Part shown: piece after piece, positions 8,470 to 17,653 of the stretch
Layout: every line of letters begins with the position of its first letter
Numbering within the stretch: position 1 is the first letter of the stretch
Virus record (IMG/VR): IMGVR_UViG_3300047564_001761
Location: 1 to 55,313 of that record
Source of the DNA: a virus
Taxonomy: Duplodnaviria > Caudoviricetes
Reading direction: 5' to 3' (one strand)
Length of the DNA stretch: 55,313 nt
Program-made: the position numbers and the translations under genes
Notes under the pieces: generated by a model
The model's input: only the letters and a program-made list of their open reading frames with translations
Told to the model about the DNA's origin: nothing
Database searches by the model: none

Positions 8470-8697
8470 TTACTCCTTTTGATATGGATGATTTGGTTCG
8501 TACTCTGACAAATAAGTTTCTTTTAAACTGTACTTGTCTCTAATACGTGAGACCTTCTCAATGCTACCAGTTCCAATGTTGAATGTCAACGGGGGCATGA
8601 ACTCAGGGTCCAGCCCATTAATCTCAGCCTCCCAATAGGCCCTCTCAAGAGAGAGCCTATCAGGAGCGGTAAGTTCAAAATACATTATGCGTTCCAA
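8470..8697 (-). CDS. hypothetical protein
   Basis: ORF track; operon coupling. Confidence 0.65.
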   Translation of the reverse strand: MERIMYFELTAPDRLSLERAYWEAEINGLDPEFMPPLTFNIGTGSIEKVSRIRDKYSLKETYLSEYEPNHPYQKE

Positions 8698-9371
8698 TCA
8701 ACGTCGTGGTCTTCAACGGACCAGGAATCAACTGAGACGTCACCATGCCATGAATCAATACTTAGATTGTCACTTAAGAAGTAACGGGCATCGAAATCTT
8801 CTACTTCTTCAAGTGGGATATCGTAGTCTACTTCAACCTGAATAGTTGCAGTAATACGCACTGTTTGCTTTGGCTCGTGCCCAAGAATCTCGCAAAGGTC
8901 GTTTAGAACTTCTACCTTCTCATAGTTTGGGTTATACCAACCGTCAGCGTTTAGGTTATCAATAATGCTATTGACCTGTGTCTGAAGATTATTTAATCTA
9001 GTAGTTAACAACTGATTCTCATGAAGTTGATATTCTAAATCAACAGTCTTGATACTTGGGTAAATTGCCTCACCGTTGACGATAGACTTATATGTAATAA
9101 GACTATTAGGATTGTAGGTCTCAGGGACCGTTGGTGTTAGAATTGGTTCGTACTGATTTTCCATTTGATTACTTTCTGCTTGTAGGGACGAAGGCGCTAT
9201 TGTAGCACTTTCGGATGAGATATGCAACATATCTCGCCCACATGGACATGTGAGCTTTACCACACCAGATGGGAATCCAAACCCATCTGATGTAGTTACT
9301 TCGATCATAGTATCACACTCATCTGGGTCACAGATGAATGTGTACTTGCTAGAGATAATGTCAGACATCAT
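8685..9371 (-). CDS. hypothetical protein with N-terminal Zn ribbon
   Basis: CDPDEC...CPCG; ATGA coupling. Confidence 0.75.
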   Translation of the reverse strand: MMSDIISSKYTFICDPDECDTMIEVTTSDGFGFPSGVVKLTCPCGRDMLHISSESATIAPSSLQAESNQMENQYEPILTPTVPETYNPNSLITYKSIVNGEAIYPSIKTVDLEYQLHENQLLTTRLNNLQTQVNSIIDNLNADGWYNPNYEKVEVLNDLCEILGHEPKQTVRITATIQVEVDYDIPLEEVEDFDARYFLSDNLSIDSWHGDVSVDSWSVEDHDVDWNA

Positions 9372-10132
9372 GCATCTACCTTATCTACTAGAGACTTATG
9401 GATTTCGCATTCTGCCATTGCCTCTTCATCTTGCCATGAACCTTCGTTACATTCAGAGCAGAATTCACCGCATTCATTATCGCAGTAAGATAATGTATCA
9501 AAAGATTGGCAGGCGTAGCAACGATTCTCCCATTCTGCTAATTCTTTTACTTCACCACGTAGAATCTCATACTCTCCACCCCAGCCAGTTTCTTCTTCAA
9601 ACTCTAATGTGAGAAGAGAGTTGGGAACTAAGTTAGATAGTTTAGTTAGAACTGTGACGGCAGGAGACCAAGCAGTCTCATACTTATAAACAAGCCAGTT
9701 ATCCTCACCCTCTGACTTGTGTTCAACCAACTCAGTATTAGGATATTCATCCTCATCACGAACTGCTACATCCCACTTGGTTCCCCAGTTAGTATGATTC
9801 CAGTTATACCAATCCTTTTGAGTCTTAGCAAACTCGACGGACTTAGCAAACCAACTAGGGTCTTTCATATCTACACCATCACGAGCAGGCTGGCAGGCAT
9901 ACTCTTCATCAGTAATACCAGCATCCTTATATGAATAGATATTATGAAAAGCAAAGACAGGATTGTTGTATTCAACCTGAGTAATCTTAGTTGGGAATCC
10001 CATAGAACTAATATCACCCATGCCAAACGTTTCCTGCGCTAGTGTAAACGGACGGTTAAGTCTTTCTTTGATAGAATCAATCTCAGACTTAGGACCTTGG
10101 ATTGTTAATGTATTATATACCCAGTTTGGCAT
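9368..10132 (-). CDS. DUF1281/YubB (Api92-like) ferredoxin-like domain protein with Cys-rich tail
   Basis: MPNWVYNTL, WYNWNHTNWGTKWD, ETAWSP motifs. Confidence 0.75.
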   Translation of the reverse strand: MPNWVYNTLTIQGPKSEIDSIKERLNRPFTLAQETFGMGDISSMGFPTKITQVEYNNPVFAFHNIYSYKDAGITDEEYACQPARDGVDMKDPSWFAKSVEFAKTQKDWYNWNHTNWGTKWDVAVRDEDEYPNTELVEHKSEGEDNWLVYKYETAWSPAVTVLTKLSNLVPNSLLTLEFEEETGWGGEYEILRGEVKELAEWENRCYACQSFDTLSYCDNECGEFCSECNEGSWQDEEAMAECEIHKSLVDKVDA

Positions 10133-10165
10133 ATTATTACCTTTCGTAGTAGGAGGGGGCTTATT

Positions 10166-10600
10166 CTACACTGTTGCGACGGCGTTGTCAAGAACCATCT
10201 TGGATTGCCATAGCATACAGTTAGAATCTAAACGGTCACCGAATATACGTATATAATCAGCGATATCTTCTGTTTGATCAGTTAAGCAGGACTTCACGGT
10301 TTCTACTGAAATAAACACACGTCCATTCCATAGACCCATTGCACCTATATTAGTAGGAACTTCTAGGCAACCATATGTATCTTGCTCCCAGCCAACACCT
10401 TCTGAACAAACAAGGGCGTACTTATTATCACCGAAGACATTCTTTTCTTCAAGTGTAATCAGTAATAGATTATCTACTGTGCATTCGCTAAAGTCATTGC
10501 CATATTGTAAGCGATAGATATCATTAGCAATTGTAGCCAGTTTCTTTCCGTCCACAATTTGTCCAACATATCCGTTCATTCGTGATGCTCTGCGGTCCAT
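10166..10600 (-). CDS. hypothetical protein
   Basis: ORF track to 10789, but GAAAGG RBS and promoter support ATG at 10600. Confidence 0.7.
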   Translation of the reverse strand: MDRRASRMNGYVGQIVDGKKLATIANDIYRLQYGNDFSECTVDNLLLITLEEKNVFGDNKYALVCSEGVGWEQDTYGCLEVPTNIGAMGLWNGRVFISVETVKSCLTDQTEDIADYIRIFGDRLDSNCMLWQSKMVLDNAVATV

Positions 10601-10802
10601 ATATTTCCTTTCGATAAGGGTGAATTTTACCATTCTGCAGGGACCCGTGTCAAATCCGTGATGCCCGTAATAGACCCGTAATATGTGATTTTGAGCACAA
10701 ATGGTGCCGCCCCATTTTTTCAGCTTTGTCAAGTGCAACACGATCATGAAATAAAAAAAATACGGGAGCGAATTTCTTCGCCCCCGCATCTTTTATTTTT
10801 TA

Positions 10803-11822
10803 TTATGCGATTTGCATAATTCCCTTAACCACTTTTAGCAAGCGATTTTTTTCTGCGTTGATTTGTGCATCAAATCCTGATGCAGATGCAAGGATAGATT
10901 CGTTAGAACCACCACGAGCAGAGCGGTGCCAGTCAAGGCGTTCAGTAAGTGCATTAAACGCACCCCAAGCAGTTCCAGCAATCATGCCGTTAAACTCGCC
11001 TGTGTAAATATCGTTGAGAGTATCAACTTTATTTGTCCATTTGGTGATTGCGTTCTTTGCTTCACCCTTTGGCTTTGGATAAGCAGCGAGAATGATGTCG
11101 TTGAATTCCTGAGCGGTGACTTCCTTCTCATATAGAGAATTAGCCAACTTTGAGAATTCGTCCATGTATGCATTAGCAAGACCAAGAGTCTCACGTGCAA
11201 CTTGAATTTTTCCTTCTGCTGTTTGTGTGTGGCGAATCTTGAAAGATTGCTTAACGCCACCCTTCTTACGACCAACACCATTAAGTGCAAGGTTTAGAGT
11301 ATTAGCGCACACAACACGAACGGGAGTAATAGATGCCTGAATAGCAATAGACCCGTCATGAGATGTGTTGATGAGCAAATAAGTCTTCACCTTATCTGCT
11401 ACGCCCTGAGCGTCAATAACCGCTTCACGTTCAAGAGCAAGAGAGCCGAATACAACACGCCCTCCACGAATAGAGCCAGCAGTTTCCCAGCGTCCTCCAC
11501 CATCTAGAATGTTATCGCCGAATGAGAATAAATCTTCATTCTGCAATGGTACATAACGCTGACCAACTACGCCGAGAACGTCTGTTTGAGATGCGTCGGT
11601 AGGATTGGTACGCACTACGTACTGATATGATTTATCAGATGAGAGGTGATTTGGAATTTCCAAATCTTCAAGGCGAACGTTCCACCCGTCAAGATTTGCG
11701 AGAGATAGCATTTCGCCAGTAGTTACTTCATTTGTAAATACTGTTCCGAGACCATGCCAAGCAGGTTCTCTGAATGATGCGAATGAGGTTTTGCCATTTT
11801 GATTTTCTAGGTCGTGAGCCAT
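10803..11822 (-). CDS. DUF932 family phage/plasmid-like protein
   Basis: PAWHGLG, ETAGSIRGGR, YLLINTSHDGS, TPVRVVCANTL, IRHT, GTAWGAFNA. Confidence 0.88.
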   Translation of the reverse strand: MAHDLENQNGKTSFASFREPAWHGLGTVFTNEVTTGEMLSLANLDGWNVRLEDLEIPNHLSSDKSYQYVVRTNPTDASQTDVLGVVGQRYVPLQNEDLFSFGDNILDGGGRWETAGSIRGGRVVFGSLALEREAVIDAQGVADKVKTYLLINTSHDGSIAIQASITPVRVVCANTLNLALNGVGRKKGGVKQSFKIRHTQTAEGKIQVARETLGLANAYMDEFSKLANSLYEKEVTAQEFNDIILAAYPKPKGEAKNAITKWTNKVDTLNDIYTGEFNGMIAGTAWGAFNALTERLDWHRSARGGSNESILASASGFDAQINAEKNRLLKVVKGIMQIA

Positions 11823-12276
11823 AGTTTTCCTTTCGATTGTTTGAAGAGCCTATTTTAGCACAACCACCCCAGCGGAGTCAATTCATCTTAGTTAAATGTC
11901 CGAATTATCCTAGTATTTCCCGTGTGTTTAAAATCACACCCGTAAAACTTGACAAGATCAGTTTTTGGGGGCGGCACAGCTCAGGCTATTTGTCAATAGC
12001 CAAAGCGTCTTGCCATTCTGTGTCGTCTATTTTTGGCGTAGGGATAGATAATAAATTAACTATAACAGCAATTGGAAGAATAATAAAATAAATTACCAAC
12101 ACAACTGCAATTAACACGCCAAAGAAAGTGCCCATACCGTAGTAGAAATCCATTGCGTTATCCTATCACATTTTTTAGTCGTTGTACAATTGGCAGGTGA
12201 CACACGCACTCGCACACATAGTAATTATTTTGTTTACAATCATTGCACATATAATCAGATCTACACTGCCAGCCCA

Positions 12277-12999
12277 TTATTTTTTACTCGCAGAGAATCT
12301 AACATCGGCCTTACCATAAACACACAATCCGCATGATACGCAGGCGGACCCATTGCTAGAGATAAGAGGAATTTTCTTTAGGTTCTCAGGACACTTAGCG
12401 CCAGGCTTACCGATTAATTCTTTCATCTTGCTTTCAGTAGCGGCGAAAGTCTTACCTAGATATGCAAGACGAATACCCTCATAGTTAGTGCGTAAGTCTT
12501 CCGCAATTTCTGCATTCTCATCGTCGGTAGAATAGTAAAGAGATAGGTTTTCAATACCCTTAAGCATAATAGCAGCGGACTTTACACGTGTATATACCCA
12601 GAATTGAACATCGGGATGATTAAGAATAACATGCTTCCAGGCGAATGTATAAGTATCGTTAAAGAAATCTCCGTCCCAGTGGATACGGAATAACTTATCT
12701 GCCTTACGCTTATCGCAATCTTTTTTGAAGTCTTCGATCATTTCCATGAGTAGCGCTTCCATAGTATCATGGTCGGCGTCTTTTAATAATTCCCAGTTAT
12801 GTAGAAGAGTAGCCTTTACTCCCTTATAGACTTTTTCCAATTTGCCTGCATAGCAAACAGTCTCGCAGATAGACGTAGCACCAGGACATGAATAGGCTTT
12901 TCCTGCAGGTAATCCGAAGGTGTTGGCAATTGTTGGGGTTTTTCCATTAGGGGAGACGGCATTAGTTACTTTCCTATCATTAGAGCGCTTCAGTTTCAT
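12277..12999 (-). CDS. mycobacteriophage gp88-like protein (Cys-rich, Fe-S candidate)
   Basis: SCPGATSICETVCYA, FRIHWDGDF, WVYTR, C-terminal CP...CVSCGLC. Confidence 0.75.
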   Translation of the reverse strand: MKLKRSNDRKVTNAVSPNGKTPTIANTFGLPAGKAYSCPGATSICETVCYAGKLEKVYKGVKATLLHNWELLKDADHDTMEALLMEMIEDFKKDCDKRKADKLFRIHWDGDFFNDTYTFAWKHVILNHPDVQFWVYTRVKSAAIMLKGIENLSLYYSTDDENAEIAEDLRTNYEGIRLAYLGKTFAATESKMKELIGKPGAKCPENLKKIPLISSNGSACVSCGLCVYGKADVRFSASKK

Positions 13000-13046
13000 T
13001 AGGGGCCTTTCTTAGTGGGGGTGTAATTCTAGCATACTGCAGGGGT

Positions 13047-13181
13047 TTAATCAAGTTTATTAGCGTGTTTCTTTTTCCTAGTATAAACTTTCTTACTAGG
13101 AATAGCGGTAGCGCAATTGCTACGTCGTAGCTCAAGCACACGGCGTAATTCCTCACGGGTTTTCCTAGTTTTAGTAATCAT
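13047..13181 (-). CDS. small basic protein (44 aa), leaderless
   Basis: manual translation MITKTRKTREELRRVLELRRSN...; TATTAT-N6-ATG. Confidence 0.6.
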   Translation of the reverse strand: MITKTRKTREELRRVLELRRSNCATAIPSKKVYTRKKKHANKLD

Positions 13182-13318
13182 GCCGTAATAATAGCAGAAA
13201 TTCCAGCGTTAATCAAATCCTACCCGTAAGTAGCTCTGTGAGATTGATCACAGGTGCCGCAATTTTTTCAAGGGAAATGCCCCGCTAGAAAGAAAGGTAA
13301 CTAACGGGGCAAGATTGT

Positions 13319-13344
13319 GAGCAGTTTTGGCTCTTGCTCAGGAG
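13319..13344 (-). ncRNA. small pseudoknot motif copy
   Basis: CTC-CTGAGCAA-GAG-CC-AAAACTGCTC, just before terminator-like hairpin at ~13277-13311. Confidence 0.55.
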
Positions 13345-13421
13345 GTCTGCGTCTTTAGGTCGGCAGTAACCTTGCTCTATAGTATTTTTATTATCGCCCT
13401 AATCAGCCTGGCGAATATTTT

Positions 13422-13592
13422 TTACTTGCTTGTTTTCACCATTGCAAAACGGCGAGAACCATTAGCGAGAATTAGATTTACACGAGTAACCTTATTGCTA
13501 ATTGGAGAGAAGTTAGCAATACGACCTGTAACACCTGTCTTTGATGTTGTGAAAAGGTCTCCGATTTGATAAGTGTATCCGCCAAGAGTCAT
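13422..13592 (-). CDS. small hypothetical protein (56 aa), paralog of 14162-14308
   Basis: manual translation ...IGDLFTTSKTGVTG...; GAAAGG RBS. Confidence 0.7.
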   Translation of the reverse strand: MTLGGYTYQIGDLFTTSKTGVTGRIANFSPISNKVTRVNLILANGSRRFAMVKTSK

Positions 13593-13623
13593 TTATTTAT
13601 TTCCTTTCAGTAGTGGGTTGGTT

Positions 13624-13650
13624 GAGTAGTTTAGCGACATACTCAGGTCG
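13624..13650 (-). ncRNA. small pseudoknot motif copy
   Basis: CGAC-CTGAGTAT-GTCG-CT-AAACTACTC. Confidence 0.55.
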
Positions 13651-13658
13651 TAGATTAT

Positions 13659-14075
13659 TTAGAGATACTTAGCAATTTGCTTCATGGTTGAAGCATTTAC
13701 TGTTTCCTCATCTGTCATCTTTAGAATTGTGAGAGCATTTGTGATGTCCTCTACAATTTCATTGTATGTGTGCTGGTGCATAATTGTGAAATCACGCTCA
13801 GGCTCTTTAGGGAAATCGGTTTCCTTTACAATCAAATCAAAATCAACATTAAGAGAGTTGTTCCAAGAGCGATAAGATGTGCGGAAGTTTTCAGCCTTCT
13901 TGATGTTTGCAATAGCAAAATCTTGAACTTCCTTACGCCACTTTTCTCTTGACTTCTCATACTTTGCTTCGTTTGCACCCTGCTCAGCATAGTCTTTCTT
14001 GATTGTTGCCAACTTTGTTTCCAAAGCCTTGATTACCTTTGGTGTTGCCACCTTTACTGTGATTGCTCTGCTCAT
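13659..14075 (-). CDS. hypothetical protein
   Basis: ORF track; AGGA RBS; promoter at 14111-14140. Confidence 0.8.
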   Translation of the reverse strand: MSRAITVKVATPKVIKALETKLATIKKDYAEQGANEAKYEKSREKWRKEVQDFAIANIKKAENFRTSYRSWNNSLNVDFDLIVKETDFPKEPERDFTIMHQHTYNEIVEDITNALTILKMTDEETVNASTMKQIAKYL

Positions 14076-14161
14076 GTTATTCCTGTTCTTTTAGTGGGTT
14101 ATTAGGGAGTATTTTAGCAGATGGGCTGAACTATTGTCCAGCCCACCCGCTGTGATTTACA

Positions 14162-14308
14162 TTACTTTGCTGTTGTCCAGCGGTCTTGACCATTGACGGA
14201 TAGTCTGATACGATAAGAGCCATTATCGTTCTTGACTACTTCCTGAACCTCACCTGTTACGCCTGACTTAGCAGTTGTAAAGGTTTCACCGATTTTTGGA
14301 GTTGCCAT
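14162..14308 (-). CDS. small hypothetical protein (48 aa)
   Basis: manual translation MATPKIGETFTTAKSGVTG...; GAAAGG RBS. Confidence 0.7.
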   Translation of the reverse strand: MATPKIGETFTTAKSGVTGEVQEVVKNDNGSYRIRLSVNGQDRWTTAK

Positions 14309-14588
14309 TTGTGCTTCCTTTCTGTTGTTGTTGAGAGAGAATTATAGCAAAACCCACCGACATACACAAATCCAAAATGCTATCAAATCGGACATTTTCC
14401 TGTGATAAAAAACACATTAGCGTAACTTGACTTTCGCCAAAAAATCGGCGGCAAATTCCAGGGATTCCTGTGAGATCTTAGTAATGCATGTAATAGCAAG
14501 TAGTAGCTCTGTGCGGCGCTGTCGGGCGTGTCTAAATTAGTTGAAAGTTAAACCAATTTGATTTAACTTTCAACCTTTTTAGATCGTG

Positions 14589-14879
14589 TTACTTTCCTGA
14601 AACTTTTCCATCTCGCCAAAAGTTTTTAGTCCAAAGTTTTCCATTTGGTTCTGCTAAATTATAAGTTGCGTATTCTTCAGCGTCACCGAAATCAACGCAC
14701 TTATTAAAATCATTTACTGCGTCAAGTGCAAAGTTATAGCGTTGTGTATTTACTAATTCACCATCATAGTAAGTTGTTAGTGCGTAGTCGTATTCCAAAG
14801 TTTCCCCCTTGTTGTAGTTCATAAATGTACCGCCTCTCTCAAACCAGTTTCGTCTTTTTTCTAATTCAGTAATTGTCAC
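14589..14879 (-). CDS. hypothetical protein (start may be 14822)
   Basis: ORF track. Confidence 0.65.
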   Translation of the reverse strand: MTITELEKRRNWFERGGTFMNYNKGETLEYDYALTTYYDGELVNTQRYNFALDAVNDFNKCVDFGDAEEYATYNLAEPNGKLWTKNFWRDGKVSGK

Positions 14880-15043
14880 TACTCATTAACCCAGTCAATG
14901 GTTAGTTCATCAGATAGTTCTGCGATACAATCGCAAGGCTCTACATCATAGTCGTATTCATTTCCAAAGAAAATAAATCCTGCTCCACCGCACTCATCAC
15001 ATGGAGCAGAAACAATCTCGATTAGTTCTTTTACATTAGCCAT
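14879..15043 (-). CDS. small Zn-binding hypothetical protein
   Basis: MANVKEL... with GAAAGG RBS; CDECGGAG...CDC. Confidence 0.65.
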   Translation of the reverse strand: MANVKELIEIVSAPCDECGGAGFIFFGNEYDYDVEPCDCIAELSDELTIDWVNE

Positions 15044-15187
15044 TTTAGTTTTCCTTTCGTGTTGTTGTTGGAATTGTAGCAGATAGCACTGACAATGCCT
15101 CCGCCTTGCTTGCTTCACGTTGAGCAATAACGTGAGCCTTGAATTCATCTAGGTTCATTTAGTTTTCCTTTCGTTAGAAAATTGTGT

Positions 15188-15243
15188 GTGAGTTCTTACT
15201 TACGACATTGGGCGAGAACACTCACGAAACTGCCCCTGTTTCG
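15188..15243 (-). ncRNA. intergenic two-hairpin pseudoknot candidate
   Basis: CGAAAC-AGGGGCA-GTTTCG then GTGAG.GTTCT...AGAACTCAC, with loop GCCC complementary to GGGC. Confidence 0.45.
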
Positions 15244-15250
15244 ATTTTAG

Positions 15251-15454
15251 TTAATCGGAATTCTTAACCGCAACTGTGCGGAAAGTTGTAGAAATACGAT
15301 TAGTAGGCTGTACCTCTACTAGATAGGTATCGCAACCTTCATACCATACCGCTTTAGGGTGTGGCTCGGCGTTGATAATAATTCCTTCAAGGGAATTGGA
15401 GTAATACTGCTTACCTACTAGGAGGTTACGGACAGAGTATACATTTGCTGACAT
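15251..15454 (-). CDS. hypothetical protein
   Basis: MSANVY... with GAAAGG RBS. Confidence 0.7.
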   Translation of the reverse strand: MSANVYSVRNLLVGKQYYSNSLEGIIINAEPHPKAVWYEGCDTYLVEVQPTNRISTTFRTVAVKNSD

Positions 15455-15841
15455 TTTATTTCCTTTCTTTATACCCGCAATTATAGCGGATAGGTCTGAC
15501 AAATTATTAAGTTTTGGGGGGTGTGTCGTTGTGATTTATATCACAACGCACCTTCCTGAAATAAACCTATTTCAAGGTCTAGCAATTCGGACGGGGTGGC
15601 GTCTGATAAATCAACCCAGCCAGCACCCTCTTCATCTATTCTGAATATTTCAATATAACCCATAGTTAGTTATCCTTTCTTTATGTCTGAAATTATAGCA
15701 TGGGGGACTGACAAATTTCTTGTTACCTCTCAGTATTTGAGACAAAATTCCTGTGATAAAAATCACATGATCATAAATTCCTGTGAAAAAGTTATCCACA
15801 GAATAATCCCCAGACACGCCCGACCTCGTGGGGCGGCAAAT

Positions 15842-15857
15842 TCGAACAGATGTTCGA
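15842..15857. promoter_or_regulatory. LexA (SOS) box, actinobacterial consensus
   Basis: TCGAAC-AGAT-GTTCGA. Confidence 0.7.
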
Positions 15858-16423
15858 ACTGCATTTATAATTATGAATTGTTATGCATAATTATTCAAAG
15901 TAGAACGGATCAAATTCTCCATCGAATAATTCAGCGTCAGCTGAATTTTCAAATTCAAATTCATCAGTTTCATTTATTACTTCTGGAGTAGTAAATAATT
16001 CTGAATTATCCTCGTAGTAATTATCCCAATTATATTTGGGCTGTTCCCATGACATTGTGTAACTCATAGATAGTTCTCCTTACATTCTGAACAAACGAAA
16101 TTAATTTTGCAATAGCAGCCAACGGCGGAAAGTAGATTATCATTCTGATAATCGTAGTAATCATCACGATAACTCATTCTGAAACCTCCTCAACATGGAA
16201 AGCGTTAAACTTATCGAGTTCATTCTCGCTAAGTGGGTAGAGTGTTTTATTAAGTGCAAAGATTGCGCTTAGTTCATCTTGTGCCTCTACGACATAAGAT
16301 ATAAGTACATTATATTTACTCATTTATATTCTCCTTTCGAGATAAGTTCATCTAGTTTTAAAACTAGTTCATCTTGAGGTTCATCAAGATAGTTTTTTAA
16401 TTCTGAATTTTTTACGAAGTCTA

Positions 16424-16600
16424 TCATTTAGATACCTTCCAATCTGTCCACATTGGTAGACGCTCAGGGTCGGTATCGTTATACCAACGCTCAATATTGT
16501 TTTCACAAACTTCACAAAATGTGAATTGTGTATCTGCATATTCTGAGATAGCAGGTTTGAATGGTGTGTGCTCTGCACACTTGATAATTGTTGAATTCAT
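16424..16600 (-). CDS. small Cys/His hypothetical protein (58 aa)
   Basis: manual translation MNSTIIKCAEH...CEVCENN...; GAAAGG RBS. Confidence 0.65.
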   Translation of the reverse strand: MNSTIIKCAEHTPFKPAISEYADTQFTFCEVCENNIERWYNDTDPERLPMWTDWKVSK

Positions 16601-17202
16601 TTGAATTCCTTTCTAGTTTGAGAACCTTTCTCAACTTTCTTTATAATGGAATTATAACAGGGGGGTCTGACATTTACTGACTGGTAATGCCACAAATCGG
16701 ACATTTTGAAATGTGATGTAGGTCATGTGGATAACTCACGCTCAAATTTCCGTGTGATTTAAATCACGTGCATAAACCTGTGGAGGACACGCCCGAGTGC
16801 GGGGGCCGCAAAATTTTCGCAGCTTGTCAAGTTAACACGCCGAGAAAATTTTGTTTTTTATTTTTTTTTATAATGTGATCAGAATTCCAAAAGCTAAACA
16901 AAATAAAAAGAAAATAAAAGTCTCTTTCATTTCATGCATGCTTCCCAAAATCTATCGGAATCAAATCTTTCGTTATCTTCCGAAAACATAACGGCGAAAT
17001 CATCCACCAAATCTTCATAAGTAAAACTGTTACCGATTAAATCTTTATAAGTAGAAAGAATCTCGGCGGTCTTTACATAGTCTTTACGTGTCATCATATT
17101 AATTTAGTCCGTTCTCTCGTAGGTCCTTGATTACTGCAATTAGTAGGGGAATGGTAACGCCTGCCAAGATTAATTGGACGGCGGTTGTTAGTAGTCTATT
17201 CA

Positions 17203-17403
17203 TTAGAAATCATCTCCGAACATGTCTAGGATTTCATTTACCTGTTCATCTGTTAGGTGTTCTGTCTCTATAGCCTTAGAGAAACCGAAGACATCTTCTT
17301 CCTCTTCCTCTACAGGGTATTCATCTAAGTAGGTGTAGGCATCTGCTACATCCTCTTGAATTGTGTCCCATTTAGACATTTTACTATTATCGAATGAGTA
17401 CAT
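17203..17403 (-). CDS. highly acidic small protein
   Basis: ORF track; GGAGG RBS. Confidence 0.7.
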   Translation of the reverse strand: MYSFDNSKMSKWDTIQEDVADAYTYLDEYPVEEEEEDVFGFSKAIETEHLTDEQVNEILDMFGDDF

Positions 17404-17653
17404 TACTTAGCCTCCAATTTCTGTACATTAGCGGTAAACTTTACCTTCTTACCTAAGTCGCTAGCATTTAGCGAATTGATTAGGTGGTCAATTTCTTTTG
17501 TATCTGTTGCAACATTGTCAATAGATAGTAGACGAGAGCCTTGCCAAATTGAGTAAGTGATTTTCATTTATTTATTTCCTATTCTTTTAGTTTTATTTAT
17601 TGAGATTATTCTAGGGGATAGACTTAAGAAAGTCAAGTTTATTTAGTGTGTTG

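Noticed and set aside
10601-10789. N-terminal extension of ORF 10166-10789
   Set aside because: Spans promoter, CRP box and hairpin; RBS supports ATG at 10600
13390-13416. CTGATTA hairpin as a hammerhead ribozyme
   Set aside because: Lacks the CTGANGA core and a correctly placed GAAA
15683-16578. ORFs 15683-15991(+) and 16384-16578(-)
   Set aside because: The first crosses a regulatory spacer against local gene direction; the second lacks an RBS and overlaps the better-supported 16424-16600 frame
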